Source: a virus
Taxonomy: Duplodnaviria > Caudoviricetes
IMG/VR virus record: IMGVR_UViG_3300033066_001904
Coordinates: 1 to 64,000 of that record
Length of the DNA: 64,000 nt
Strand: one strand, 5' to 3'
The notes below the pieces were generated by a model, which worked only from the letters and a program-made list of their open reading frames with translations, had not been told where the DNA came from and made no database searches. The translations under genes were made by a program, and so were the position numbers. Below, piece after piece: positions 17,807-26,949 of this stretch (the first letter of the stretch is position 1; the number at the start of each line of letters is the position of its first letter).

Positions 17807-20398
17807 TTAAAATTTAAGAAATTTATTAATTTTTGAATTTAAATTTGGAAATGTCCATCCTAAATCCTCATAGAAACCTTTCAATTTATTTAAAAGAATA
17901 GATTCAAATATTGATTCAATATCAACATAGTCTTTAATAAATTGGTAAATGTCATCTGGAATTTTATTGTTAGGGATGCCTATTGTTTCAATATTATATG
18001 GATTTGGTTTTAAATTAACGATATATATTTTATCTTGTTCAACAATTGATTCAAATTTTTTATCTAATTTTTTGAATTTTAGTAAATCATTATATCTAAC
18101 AGCAGCCTTAGTGTTAGATGGTGCTCCTAATTTAGTTTCACTAAATATTTCACCACTTTTAGCAGTTCTTTTAATATAAGATGATATATATTGCACCCCA
18201 GTTGGTTTAGCTAATTCCTTTATATCAAGAGTTTTTAATTCTTTATAAAAGTTAATAATCAATACATCAATTTCTTCTTTAGAAGCCCCAAATAGAATTT
18301 GTTTGATAAGATTTTCTCCAAAAGTTCTAAACTTTTTATTCATATTAGACTTCATTAGTTCTAATCCTTTCAAGTCTAATGCATCCTTATGATCTTTTGG
18401 AATTGCTACTCCTTCCTTATTGCTAATAAACATAGCATATCTACGCTTACCAGTGACAATTAAACTTTGAACAATTACTTCTTGTTTAAGCTCAAAGAAA
18501 TGTTTGCCTTTAGGAATATTAAATAGCTTAATACAAAGTTCATTTAAATAGAAATTTGCTTCATTTTCTAATTCTGTTGAAATTTTCAATATTTTTTCAT
18601 CTTTATTTTCTAAAGATGAATATCTACTTTTTAATAAATCCCCAATTTGGATGTACATTGAATCAGTATCAGATATACAAACATAATCTTTATCTTGACC
18701 CAGCTCTAAATTAATCTTGTTATTGATGAAATTAATAGATTCTTGAGTTAATCGTTGACCTGTATTGGTTATAGCTGCTGAGCATATAGTATATCCATCT
18801 GTATATCTCCAAGCATTTTTAGCATAAGTTCCATATAAAGCATTTTGTAAAATTTTAAAGGCCATTTGAAAATTGTCAAATAATTTATATTTTTCCCAAT
18901 CCTTTTCTTTACCTGCTTTTTTCTTAAGTTCTCGGTAATGTTCTCTTTTATTAAACCATCCTTCTAAAATGGTAGCTGTTGTACTTCTGATATCAGTTCT
19001 AAAAAATGCACCAGACGCAGCAATAGTATAATTATTTTTAATAATAATATTAATTAGCTGCCCAATTGATATTTCTGCTGATTCTAAGGTATAATTGATT
19101 TTGTCTAGTCGTTCTACTGTTATAGTTTCGTTTTGATCTCGTTCAAGTAGTTTTTCTAGAGATAGATCTTGTTCGTAGTTATCTTTTGTTTTAATTCTTC
19201 CTATTAAAGTTTCAATACTTAAATTGAGTGATTTAATAATAGATGGATATAGAGATTTAAAATCTAAATCCATAACGTCAAAATATAAACCGGGAAATGG
19301 TTCTTTAATAAATCCCCCAGCATACTTTTCTTCATTTCCTCTCCGAGATAAATTGTGAGTTGTTGGTTTATTTGGAGAAACTATATTTAATCTCTTTAAG
19401 AATTTTAAAATAGCTCCTTCATTCATTACTGTATTAAAGTAAATACTTTCATAAGGAATATTACAGATATGACTTATAAGTATAGATAAATCTATGAATT
19501 TTAGTCTATTTTCTAGTTCTTCTAGAATTTCTACGTCTCGTAAGTTATATTCTATAAATAAATGAATATCCTTTTCAAAGAGTTGATTTAAGTTACCCTC
19601 AAATTCAATTTTTTCTAATTCAGCGTACTTAGGTCCAATATCCTTTAACTTATATGAAGGTTCTTCCTTCATTATATATTTTTTAAAGAGCAACATATAA
19701 TCCAAATGATTAATACCTGCTATTTTTACAGTAGAATTTTGACCATATTCTTGTACGTTAATCTTTCCTAAAGGTGAAAGTTTATTAGCTACTTCTACCC
19801 CTAAAAGTTTAGATATTCTATAATATAGATAGGGAATATCAAAATAATCACCATTCCAAGTACTTACTATGGTGGGATCACATTCTTCCCATTTTTCTAA
19901 AAATTTATAGATTAAATCTTTTTCATCTTTACAAGGAATAATAATTTTATCCTGTTCAGATACCTCTTTAATTTTATTGGTCTTATCTATTACAAAACAT
20001 ATTTTTTGTTTTAATGTCTTATCTATAATAGATATAGATGTAAAAGGCATGGGAGCACTTTTTATATATTCAGGCGTAAGAGCCCCTCCCATTTCAGTTT
20101 CTATGTCAAGAAATAAAATATTTTGGTATGAAGGAATTTCATCATCATTCTTGTAGTATAAATCTCTTAAAATTAAGATTTCTTTATTTATATCTTTTTC
20201 TAAAAGATTAGGGTCATACTTATCGTATTGTTTAGTAGGTTCAGCCCATCCTCCTGTTAAAACAGGTAAAGAATTTGGTGTTTGACTAGAAACTCTCTTA
20301 TAAAATATTTGTTGGTGTTGGAAATTAATCCAACCTTTTTTATCATCTCTTAAAAAGTATGTTTTGGTTGGATAATCATAGTATACTGATTGATACAT
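17807..20398 (-). CDS. DNA polymerase family B with 3'-5' exonuclease
   Basis: DIET, WNG..FD, YN..D exo motifs; DFKSLYPS, K...NALYG, DTDS. Confidence 0.97.
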   Translation of the reverse strand: MYQSVYYDYPTKTYFLRDDKKGWINFQHQQIFYKRVSSQTPNSLPVLTGGWAEPTKQYDKYDPNLLEKDINKEILILRDLYYKNDDEIPSYQNILFLDIETEMGGALTPEYIKSAPMPFTSISIIDKTLKQKICFVIDKTNKIKEVSEQDKIIIPCKDEKDLIYKFLEKWEECDPTIVSTWNGDYFDIPYLYYRISKLLGVEVANKLSPLGKINVQEYGQNSTVKIAGINHLDYMLLFKKYIMKEEPSYKLKDIGPKYAELEKIEFEGNLNQLFEKDIHLFIEYNLRDVEILEELENRLKFIDLSILISHICNIPYESIYFNTVMNEGAILKFLKRLNIVSPNKPTTHNLSRRGNEEKYAGGFIKEPFPGLYFDVMDLDFKSLYPSIIKSLNLSIETLIGRIKTKDNYEQDLSLEKLLERDQNETITVERLDKINYTLESAEISIGQLINIIIKNNYTIAASGAFFRTDIRSTTATILEGWFNKREHYRELKKKAGKEKDWEKYKLFDNFQMAFKILQNALYGTYAKNAWRYTDGYTICSAAITNTGQRLTQESINFINNKINLELGQDKDYVCISDTDSMYIQIGDLLKSRYSSLENKDEKILKISTELENEANFYLNELCIKLFNIPKGKHFFELKQEVIVQSLIVTGKRRYAMFISNKEGVAIPKDHKDALDLKGLELMKSNMNKKFRTFGENLIKQILFGASKEEIDVLIINFYKELKTLDIKELAKPTGVQYISSYIKRTAKSGEIFSETKLGAPSNTKAAVRYNDLLKFKKLDKKFESIVEQDKIYIVNLKPNPYNIETIGIPNNKIPDDIYQFIKDYVDIESIFESILLNKLKGFYEDLGWTFPNLNSKINKFLKF

Positions 20399-20693
20399 TA
20401 TTTTTTCGTTCTTTAAGATATTTACTTACTCTAACCATCTGATTATAGGTTGCTGGGGATTCTAGTAAAAGTTCATCTAAATTTTCTTTAGAAGCTAATT
20501 TATAAAACATGTTGTGGTCTTGGTCACAAAATACCAAAACTTCTCCACATTCTAGACAAATAGAAAAATCCCCTTCTTGGGGGGAAGAAAAATCATCTTC
20601 TGCTTCATTTACTGCTGTTGCAGCATCTAGACGAGATTTACATGAAGGACAAAACAAATGTTCCGATTCTAATTTAAACGTTTTCTTACTCAT
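20376..20693 (-). CDS. Zinc-finger protein
   Basis: CPSC...CLEC; start moved to MSKKTF. Confidence 0.6.
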   Translation of the reverse strand: MSKKTFKLESEHLFCPSCKSRLDAATAVNEAEDDFSSPQEGDFSICLECGEVLVFCDQDHNMFYKLASKENLDELLLESPATYNQMVRVSKYLKERKNNVSISIL

Positions 20694-21201
20694 AGTTTGT
20701 TTTATTTTGAAATTGACCGTTATATAATTCGTCGGGTGTGTGGTTTTCATGCATAAAAAATTGTCCTACTCTTGCATTTTGTTCTATAAAAATAGGAACT
20801 TCCGTTATCATTGTTGTACCCATTATTTTAGTTTCAAATCCAGGGTCCCAAACAGGGGATGATATTAATGATCCTCCTCTATATATTGAGGAACGAGACT
20901 GAATAAATCCTGTTTTATCCGCAGGTATTTTTATACCTTCATTAAAGGTTAGTGCATATGCTCCTTCTTCAAGGTCCCACCCATATACCCAATTATCTTC
21001 ATCGGGTACATAAAATGATTCAGGGGAAATTTCCTCAAATGCCTCTTTCTTTACTATAGTTTTATTTTTTAAAACTAAAACTTTTCCTTTTATTTTTTCA
21101 ATTTTAGAAACAGATAAATCAATTCCTACTTGATTTACTTTACAATAATTACTATTACTGTCTAAATATTTTTCTTCTATTGTTTTTCCTGTTATTATCA
21201 T
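20686..21201 (-). CDS. dUTPase/dCTP deaminase family protein
   Basis: GIDL, SRSS, WDPGF, RVGQ motifs of the trimeric dUTPase fold. Confidence 0.85.
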   Translation of the reverse strand: MIITGKTIEEKYLDSNSNYCKVNQVGIDLSVSKIEKIKGKVLVLKNKTIVKKEAFEEISPESFYVPDEDNWVYGWDLEEGAYALTFNEGIKIPADKTGFIQSRSSIYRGGSLISSPVWDPGFETKIMGTTMITEVPIFIEQNARVGQFFMHENHTPDELYNGQFQNKTNYE

Positions 21202-21443
21202 TTTACTGTCATTAAATATATTTTATTACTTTTATGCTTATATAGTATTAATTTTTTAAATTTAAAAGTTCTCTTACTTAGAGAAAGAAATCTTCTAATT
21301 AATTTATTTGCTCCATACAAAGTATCACATTTAAAATTAAATTCCGATATTCTATTTAATTTTACCCATGTTTCATCATATATACAATATTTTATTGTAA
21401 ATTTTATTGTAAATGAATTCTGGGTTTTTCGATCTAAAAACAT
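21198..21443 (-). CDS. Small basic protein
   Basis: LIRRFL...FKFKK. Confidence 0.45.
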   Translation of the reverse strand: MFLDRKTQNSFTIKFTIKYCIYDETWVKLNRISEFNFKCDTLYGANKLIRRFLSLSKRTFKFKKLILYKHKSNKIYLMTVK

Positions 21444-21694
21444 TTTACTATTTTTACTTTTACTATCTTATTTACTGTATTTTTTACATAAACTTCTCCT
21501 AAACTAAATTTCATTTGTTTTTTATTAAAACGTAATATTCTTCTTAAAAGTTTATTTTTAATTGTTACTTTATCAAAGACTTTACTTTTTTCTCCATTTT
21601 TATAAAGATTATAAATTTCAAGTTTAAAATTCTTTTTAAGACTAATGGTTATATTACCATTATTACGGTATGGTTTGTTTTCTAGATTCGGCAT
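21434..21694 (-). CDS. Small basic protein
   Basis: LLRRILR...MKF. Confidence 0.45.
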   Translation of the reverse strand: MPNLENKPYRNNGNITISLKKNFKLEIYNLYKNGEKSKVFDKVTIKNKLLRRILRFNKKQMKFSLGEVYVKNTVNKIVKVKIVKCF

Positions 21695-21966
21695 TTTATT
21701 ACTTTTACTATAAAACGATGTTTATATATGTTTTTTACAATAAGAAATTTTTTAAATTTAAAACGTTTATTTCTATTCAAAATCATTCTTCTAATAAATC
21801 TATTACGAAAATACCCATAACTAGCAGTTAGATAAGATGATGGAAATAAACCTGATTTGAATATACTAGGTTCAAAGTTTACATATTTCATACTAAATTG
21901 GAAATTTTTTGCTAGATCAATACCCGATAGCATCTTATCACCATATCTTTTTTTACTTATATCCAT
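21682..21966 (-). CDS. Small basic protein
   Basis: FIRRMIL...FKFKK. Confidence 0.45.
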   Translation of the reverse strand: MDISKKRYGDKMLSGIDLAKNFQFSMKYVNFEPSIFKSGLFPSSYLTASYGYFRNRFIRRMILNRNKRFKFKKFLIVKNIYKHRFIVKVIKCRI

Positions 21967-22681
21967 CTAGAGGAAGTTTTAAAAGGTCTAGTACTTCTTG
22001 TTTAGCTGTTCTTGTATGGTCAGAAAATACTCCTGATGTTTCACTTGTCATCATTGATGACCCAATATGTCTTACTCCTCTACACGACACACAGTTATGA
22101 AACGAATGTATAATAACCATTACACCTTGATTTTCCTCAACAACCTTATTAATAGCATTATGTATGGCCATTGTAAGTTGTTCTTGTATGGCGCCCCTAT
22201 GAGCAAAATGTTCAACTAATCTATTTAATTTAGATAAACCTATTACTTTTTTTCCAGGTCCTGGAATATAGGCAATATGTGCTTTACCTAAAATAGCTTG
22301 ATGGTGGTGAGAGCACATACTAATAACAGGAATATCTCTTTCTAGAATTATCCCAGCATATCCATCTGATGGAAATGATGTTATATCAGTTGGTATTTCA
22401 TATCTCCCTCTCCAAAGATCATTTACATATGCTTTAGCTACTCTCATTGGAGTTTCCATGCTATTAGGATCATTTTCCCAATCTACTCCTAGAGATGATA
22501 AAAATAATCCATAAGCTTCTGCTGCTTTCTGGATAATAGAATCTTTTTCACTTTCGTTTAGAGATCTATGTTCTCCATTTTTTATTAGTGAATTTAGTTG
22601 AGTGGATATACCATTTGCGCATCCAGGTTGTGCTAACTCTAGTTCATTAATATCAATTAGTTTTCTACGTTTATTTTCCAT
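21953..22681 (-). CDS. folE: GTP cyclohydrolase I
   Basis: TP.RVAKA, SMCSHH, GLSKLNRLV, IQEQLT, CVSCRG. Confidence 0.95.
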   Translation of the reverse strand: MENKRRKLIDINELELAQPGCANGISTQLNSLIKNGEHRSLNESEKDSIIQKAAEAYGLFLSSLGVDWENDPNSMETPMRVAKAYVNDLWRGRYEIPTDITSFPSDGYAGIILERDIPVISMCSHHHQAILGKAHIAYIPGPGKKVIGLSKLNRLVEHFAHRGAIQEQLTMAIHNAINKVVEENQGVMVIIHSFHNCVSCRGVRHIGSSMMTSETSGVFSDHTRTAKQEVLDLLKLPLDGYK

Positions 22682-22683
22682 TC

Positions 22684-23508
22684 TTATACTCCTGTTGTTT
22701 TATCCCACGCACTTATATGTAAGCGTGTTAATCCAATAAATTTGTATTTCTTAGCCATTTCAAGAACAAATCTTGTTCTTTCATGAAAGTCTTTTTGATC
22801 ATCTAAGCCAGGCATACAAACTACTTTACTTAAAGGTATTGAAAATTTTGTGATAAAGGAATCAAAAATTTCCTTAATATCATCTTCTGTTGATATAACA
22901 AATTTGAATTGATAATTTGGGTGTTCCATTATACGTTGTATGGCGAATGGAATTATACGTTTACTTTCAGGCATTCCCGAATTAGAAAGTTTAGGAGAAC
23001 AGTTGATTTGATTAATAAAATTCTCAAATAATGGATATTCAATATAACACGTTCCATTAGTTTCAATTTCTTTAAAAGAAAAAATGGGTTCATCTTCATT
23101 TTCAAACCAATATTTGAAAAAATTATAGATAGATTCTTGATGCTTAGGTAGAGTAGGTTCTCCACCTGTCCACACAATATGGATTAAACCAGACATTATA
23201 TCATTATATATTCCTTGTTCTTTCCACCTATCTATAAGATATTGAAAATCACGTTCTGTACCTTTAGCCCATACGGGAATAGTATCACATGTCCAGGTTG
23301 CATCTCCTTTAGCATGGAGATCCCCTCTAAAAGTTCCTGGGTCGAAATCCACTTCATCTTTTTTGAATTTATTTACAAATGCAGGAGTTGCCCCACACGA
23401 TAAATTACAATTAGCAAGACGCACAAAATATGAAGGTACCCCACTTGAGATTCCTTCACATTGAACTGAGTAAAAATCCTCAGATATTAATAGTTTGTTC
23501 GGGTTCAT
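22684..23508 (-). CDS. queE: 7-carboxy-7-deazaguanine synthase (radical SAM)
   Basis: E.FYSVQCEG...G.PS.FVRL..CN, TGGEP, ETNG, SPK; atypical Cys spacing. Confidence 0.9.
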   Translation of the reverse strand: MNPNKLLISEDFYSVQCEGISSGVPSYFVRLANCNLSCGATPAFVNKFKKDEVDFDPGTFRGDLHAKGDATWTCDTIPVWAKGTERDFQYLIDRWKEQGIYNDIMSGLIHIVWTGGEPTLPKHQESIYNFFKYWFENEDEPIFSFKEIETNGTCYIEYPLFENFINQINCSPKLSNSGMPESKRIIPFAIQRIMEHPNYQFKFVISTEDDIKEIFDSFITKFSIPLSKVVCMPGLDDQKDFHERTRFVLEMAKKYKFIGLTRLHISAWDKTTGV

Positions 23509-23755
23509 TTATTTTAAATTTTTCTATTTCTTCAGAATCATCTGGTATTTCTAGAAATGCTTCTGAGTGATGTATACCTTCTATTTCTAGAAGTTCGTAC
23601 CATGTACCTTCCATAAACGTAACACCTGGATGTTTAATATTTGTCCAAGGTTGGGAAAAAGTTTCTGCTTTAGTTACATGGTATACTTTTCCTTTTTCTA
23701 CAGAAATATATTTAGTAGGATACCAGTATTTGGTTTCAATACAAATAACTCTCAT
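23480..23755 (-). CDS. Hypothetical protein
   Basis: 91 aa ORF. Confidence 0.55.
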   Translation of the reverse strand: MRVICIETKYWYPTKYISVEKGKVYHVTKAETFSQPWTNIKHPGVTFMEGTWYELLEIEGIHHSEAFLEIPDDSEEIEKFKINEPEQTINI

Positions 23756-23758
23756 AAC

Positions 23759-23959
23759 CTATGATTTTTTCTTTTTCTGGTAAGACTTTTTAGTTTCTTT
23801 TTCTACTTTAGGTTCCTCTTCCTTAAGTTCTAATACAGGACGTGTATTTATTTTCCACTCTGATTTAGAGACATATTTAAAACCTTTATGCTTTACAGCA
23901 TTTTCAGCTACTTCATCGGGTACTCTTTCGTACTCTCCATTTTTGAATATTGTTTTCAT
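23759..23959 (-). CDS. Small hypothetical protein
   Basis: 66 aa ORF. Confidence 0.55.
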   Translation of the reverse strand: MKTIFKNGEYERVPDEVAENAVKHKGFKYVSKSEWKINTRPVLELKEEEPKVEKETKKSYQKKKKS

Positions 23960-23978
23960 AAATTTTATTTTTCAACTA

Positions 23979-24009
23979 CGAAAGCCCCCATCTTGCAAAA
24001 TGGGAGCTT
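23979..24009 (-). terminator. Probable intrinsic terminator downstream of the vWA gene
   Basis: 9-bp stem AAGCTCCCA/TGGGGGCTT (one G-U pair), 10-nt loop, short U-tract. Confidence 0.5.
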
Positions 24010-24040
24010 AAGTTTAAGTAATAGCAAAACCGGTCACGTT

Positions 24041-25168
24041 TTACTTATGATCTAGTTCATATAGAAATTTAGTATTTGGATCTAATTTTCTATTATATGA
24101 AGTTGATTGTATGAATATATCATACTTTTTAGCACAGTCAAGTGTTTTAGGATTAACACGACCTCTTGTTCCTAAAGGAACACCAATTTGTTTTCTACAC
24201 CATACTGTATCTGATTTAGTTTCTCCTGTAGCCTTATCAACCATTAAAACTTCTTTATTTTCTTGAATAGTTTCAGTTAAAATAAATTGATAAAATCCAC
24301 GTCCTTTCTTAAATGTAGCCCCATTATCTTCTACGAATTCTTTTATTACTCGAGGTGAGGTTCCTACTTCTAGTACCTGGAATCTAGATTCAATATCTAT
24401 TGTAGCTGTTCCATCTCCAGAACCATAATCTTTAGTAGATCTAGTTCTAGATGTTCTACCCCCAGAGTAATATTCTTCTTCATCCTCTTCAAATTCTTCA
24501 GATACAATAATTCCCTTAAGACGAGAAAACATTCTTTTTAGGGAATTGTTTGTTTTAAATTCTTCACTAGAAGATTCATATTCTTCTAGTTTTCCTCCCT
24601 CTTGATAAGCAATTGCCGTTATATATTGTGTAATATGGGCAAATTGCATTAAATCTAATTTAGGGGTTCCACACATTTTAGCTATTCCATTATAAAAGAA
24701 ACTTCCTTTGTAATAGTGGAGAGCTTGAACTGGGTAGACTTTGATTCCATTTTCCATACACTTGGAAACTTCCTCTTTCCAATTTAACTTGTTTGTAAAG
24801 CTTCCGTATTTGTATCCTACTTGGTGTGGGTGGCAATCTCCAATTAAAATTGCTACTTTATTTTCTCCTTCAGTCCATGAAAATTTAGAGTGCATATAGT
24901 TAATTGCTAACTCATAACACTCATCAGCATCACCTCCACCTGTTTGTCCACTCCAATTAATAAACTTTTCAATTATTTTTCGGTCATTGGTAAGATCAAT
25001 GTGTTGGATTGTATCCCTATCACAATAATCTCCGTGAATAATAATTCCTATCCTTGTTGCAGGATCTAATTTAAAAAGTTCATCAACTAATTCTTTGATA
25101 CTTCTACGTACCTGTGCTCTACATGATGACATTGAACCTGTGTCATCAAATGATATTACTATTTCCAT
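24041..25168 (-). CDS. von Willebrand factor A domain protein with C-terminal domain
   Basis: MIDAS-like DDTGSMS, GGGDADECYE, ILIGD; acidic linker. Confidence 0.85.
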   Translation of the reverse strand: MEIVISFDDTGSMSSCRAQVRRSIKELVDELFKLDPATRIGIIIHGDYCDRDTIQHIDLTNDRKIIEKFINWSGQTGGGDADECYELAINYMHSKFSWTEGENKVAILIGDCHPHQVGYKYGSFTNKLNWKEEVSKCMENGIKVYPVQALHYYKGSFFYNGIAKMCGTPKLDLMQFAHITQYITAIAYQEGGKLEEYESSSEEFKTNNSLKRMFSRLKGIIVSEEFEEDEEEYYSGGRTSRTRSTKDYGSGDGTATIDIESRFQVLEVGTSPRVIKEFVEDNGATFKKGRGFYQFILTETIQENKEVLMVDKATGETKSDTVWCRKQIGVPLGTRGRVNPKTLDCAKKYDIFIQSTSYNRKLDPNTKFLYELDHK

Positions 25169-25188
25169 AATTTAAATGTTTTTGAGGA

Positions 25189-25545
25189 TTAAGATATTTT
25201 TTCTAACTTTTTACGTTTAGAAAGTTCACTAAATAAATCTACTACAACAGAATCTTCTCCTAGGGAGACAAATTCTTTTGTGAAGCTCTCATTAGAGAGA
25301 CTTCGATGTTTGCTTGATAAAGTTTCGTAAAATGTCTTACTTCTTTTTAGTAAAGCATTTCGAATATGCATATCAGGCATACCCTTAATCTCAATTAAAC
25401 CATTTTTTTCGGATAAGTAATACCCTCTTGGAATTTCTCCTTCCAATTTTGTTAAATCGACTGTTTCACCTAGAGACTTTGCGATTGCTAGGATTTGTTC
25501 GGCGGAGCCTTCAACGCATGCGCCTGTTTTGAATTTGTATTTCAT
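25189..25545 (-). CDS. Hypothetical protein
   Basis: Start moved to MKYKFK because the first ATG lies inside a terminator hairpin. Confidence 0.6.
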   Translation of the reverse strand: MKYKFKTGACVEGSAEQILAIAKSLGETVDLTKLEGEIPRGYYLSEKNGLIEIKGMPDMHIRNALLKRSKTFYETLSSKHRSLSNESFTKEFVSLGEDSVVVDLFSELSKRKKLEKIS

Positions 25546-25560
25546 AATTAAAGTTTTAGA

Positions 25561-25590
25561 AAAGAAAAACATCCCCTTTTGGGGGATGTT
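25561..25590 (-). terminator. Intrinsic terminator after the HTH gene
   Basis: Stem AACATCCCC/GGGGATGTT followed by a T-rich tract on the minus strand. Confidence 0.8.
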
Positions 25591-25610
25591 ATATTTTGGA
25601 AAAAGAACAT

Positions 25611-25829
25611 TTAGGCAGAATAGTATTTCACTATTTCTGTATTTTTTGCTCTGTTTCTTGAGATACGATACATTGCACTAGCAATAGGATCGTTTACGTT
25701 TCTACGTCCAGAAAGAATATTGCAGATGTGAGACTTTGAATAATTAGTCATTTCCGATAATCTATCCAAATCACCTTTTCTTGTTCTTGCTTGATAGAAC
25801 GTTAGTTTGGCTGTTTTGTTTAACTTCAT
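25611..25829 (-). CDS. HTH (XRE-like) DNA-binding protein
   Basis: LDRLSEMTNYSKSHICNILSGRR. Confidence 0.7.
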   Translation of the reverse strand: MKLNKTAKLTFYQARTRKGDLDRLSEMTNYSKSHICNILSGRRNVNDPIASAMYRISRNRAKNTEIVKYYSA

Positions 25830-25848
25830 AAAATTTAAAGTTGTATAT

Positions 25849-25871
25849 TAAAGATAAGAAAAAAATTTTGA
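25849..25871 (-). promoter_or_regulatory. Promoter-like motif TCAAA-N10-TATCTTTA
   Basis: Intergenic copy of the recurring motif. Confidence 0.5.
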
Positions 25872-25886
25872 AAAAAAAAGAATTTT

Positions 25887-26783
25887 TTAAACGACATGTT
25901 CAGCTAGTACATGTTCAACATGCGCTTTAGCTACTTCCCAAGATACGGGGCCTGTTTCATCAGCATAAGCTACAGGATCAGGGCGTCCTAATTTTAGGAA
26001 TGCTTCTATTCTTTCTACAGATGAAGCTGATTTGTAGTCAGAAAACCAGGCTGAGTATCCCATTGTTTCTCCGGTTAGAGATTTAGCTGGTAGATTTTGT
26101 ATCAAAATTGGTTTATAACTTGTATTAGTACGTTTGTATACTTCATCAAAGTCTAATCCTAATTCATCACAGCATCTAATACCATCATATAGAATACCGT
26201 ATTTGTTTACATAAAGATAAGGAGTATACATACTAACATATTCTGAATCCCAGTTGCCTATTTGAAATGCTGTAAAATCAGCGTCTCTGAAATCTTGGCG
26301 GCAATCAGGATATATTGCATGATCACCAGCGTGAATCCCCATTGCTATTATACATTTGGTTTTATTTTTAGTTGCTAACGATAAAGCGACCGCTTGTATC
26401 AGTGAGGAAAATATTTTATTTCTGTTGGGAACAACAGTTTCTTTCATATTTTCTTTTTCATAGTGACCTTCAGGCACATCTTGTCCACCTTCTACTAGTG
26501 ATGAATTTAATAATTCGGTAATTCCATCAATTTTAATTATTTGATGTCTAACTAGATTGTTTTTACACCATTCATCAAAATTCTCTAATCTAACCCCTGA
26601 TACTTTGAATAAGGTTTTATTAATATAATCAACTAATTCTTTAGCTCTTTCTAATTCTAGTCGATGTTTTTGACCATAATCGAAAGATAAAGCTGTTACT
26701 TGATATCCTTCTGCTAGTAAATGTAGTAATAATGTTGATGAATCCATCCCACCACTTAGTGAGAGTACTGCTTGTTTTTTCAT
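25887..26783 (-). CDS. queC: 7-cyano-7-deazaguanine synthase
   Basis: LSGGMDS, SFDYGQKH..E, VPNRN, HAGDHAIYPDCR. Confidence 0.95.
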   Translation of the reverse strand: MKKQAVLSLSGGMDSSTLLLHLLAEGYQVTALSFDYGQKHRLELERAKELVDYINKTLFKVSGVRLENFDEWCKNNLVRHQIIKIDGITELLNSSLVEGGQDVPEGHYEKENMKETVVPNRNKIFSSLIQAVALSLATKNKTKCIIAMGIHAGDHAIYPDCRQDFRDADFTAFQIGNWDSEYVSMYTPYLYVNKYGILYDGIRCCDELGLDFDEVYKRTNTSYKPILIQNLPAKSLTGETMGYSAWFSDYKSASSVERIEAFLKLGRPDPVAYADETGPVSWEVAKAHVEHVLAEHVV

Positions 26784-26949
26784 AAATTAATTTTATTAAA
26801 GGTTTAGGCAGTATTATTTTAGTTAAACGATTAGCCCTAATAACCGTTGCATTACAATATGCGTAATAACATTTATTATTAAATAAGGTATGATAACCAC
26901 ATAAAGGACATTTTTTTCCTGTTGAATTAAAGGTATGTAATGCAATCAT
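26641..26949 (-). CDS. Cys-rich hypothetical ORF overlapping the queC start by 143 nt
   Basis: CPLC...CYYAYC in the non-overlapping part. Confidence 0.35.
   Translation of the reverse strand: MIALHTFNSTGKKCPLCGYHTLFNNKCYYAYCNATVIRANRLTKIILPKPLIKLIYEKTSSTLTKWWDGFINIITTFTSRRISSNSFIFRLWSKTSTRIRKS

Noticed and set aside
22953-23177. Alternative-frame minus-strand ORF inside queE
   Set aside because: Fully nested, no motif, likely incidental
25546-25572. Track start (ATG 25572) for the ORF upstream of vWA
   Set aside because: The ATG lies within a terminator hairpin; the second ATG at 25545 is more plausible
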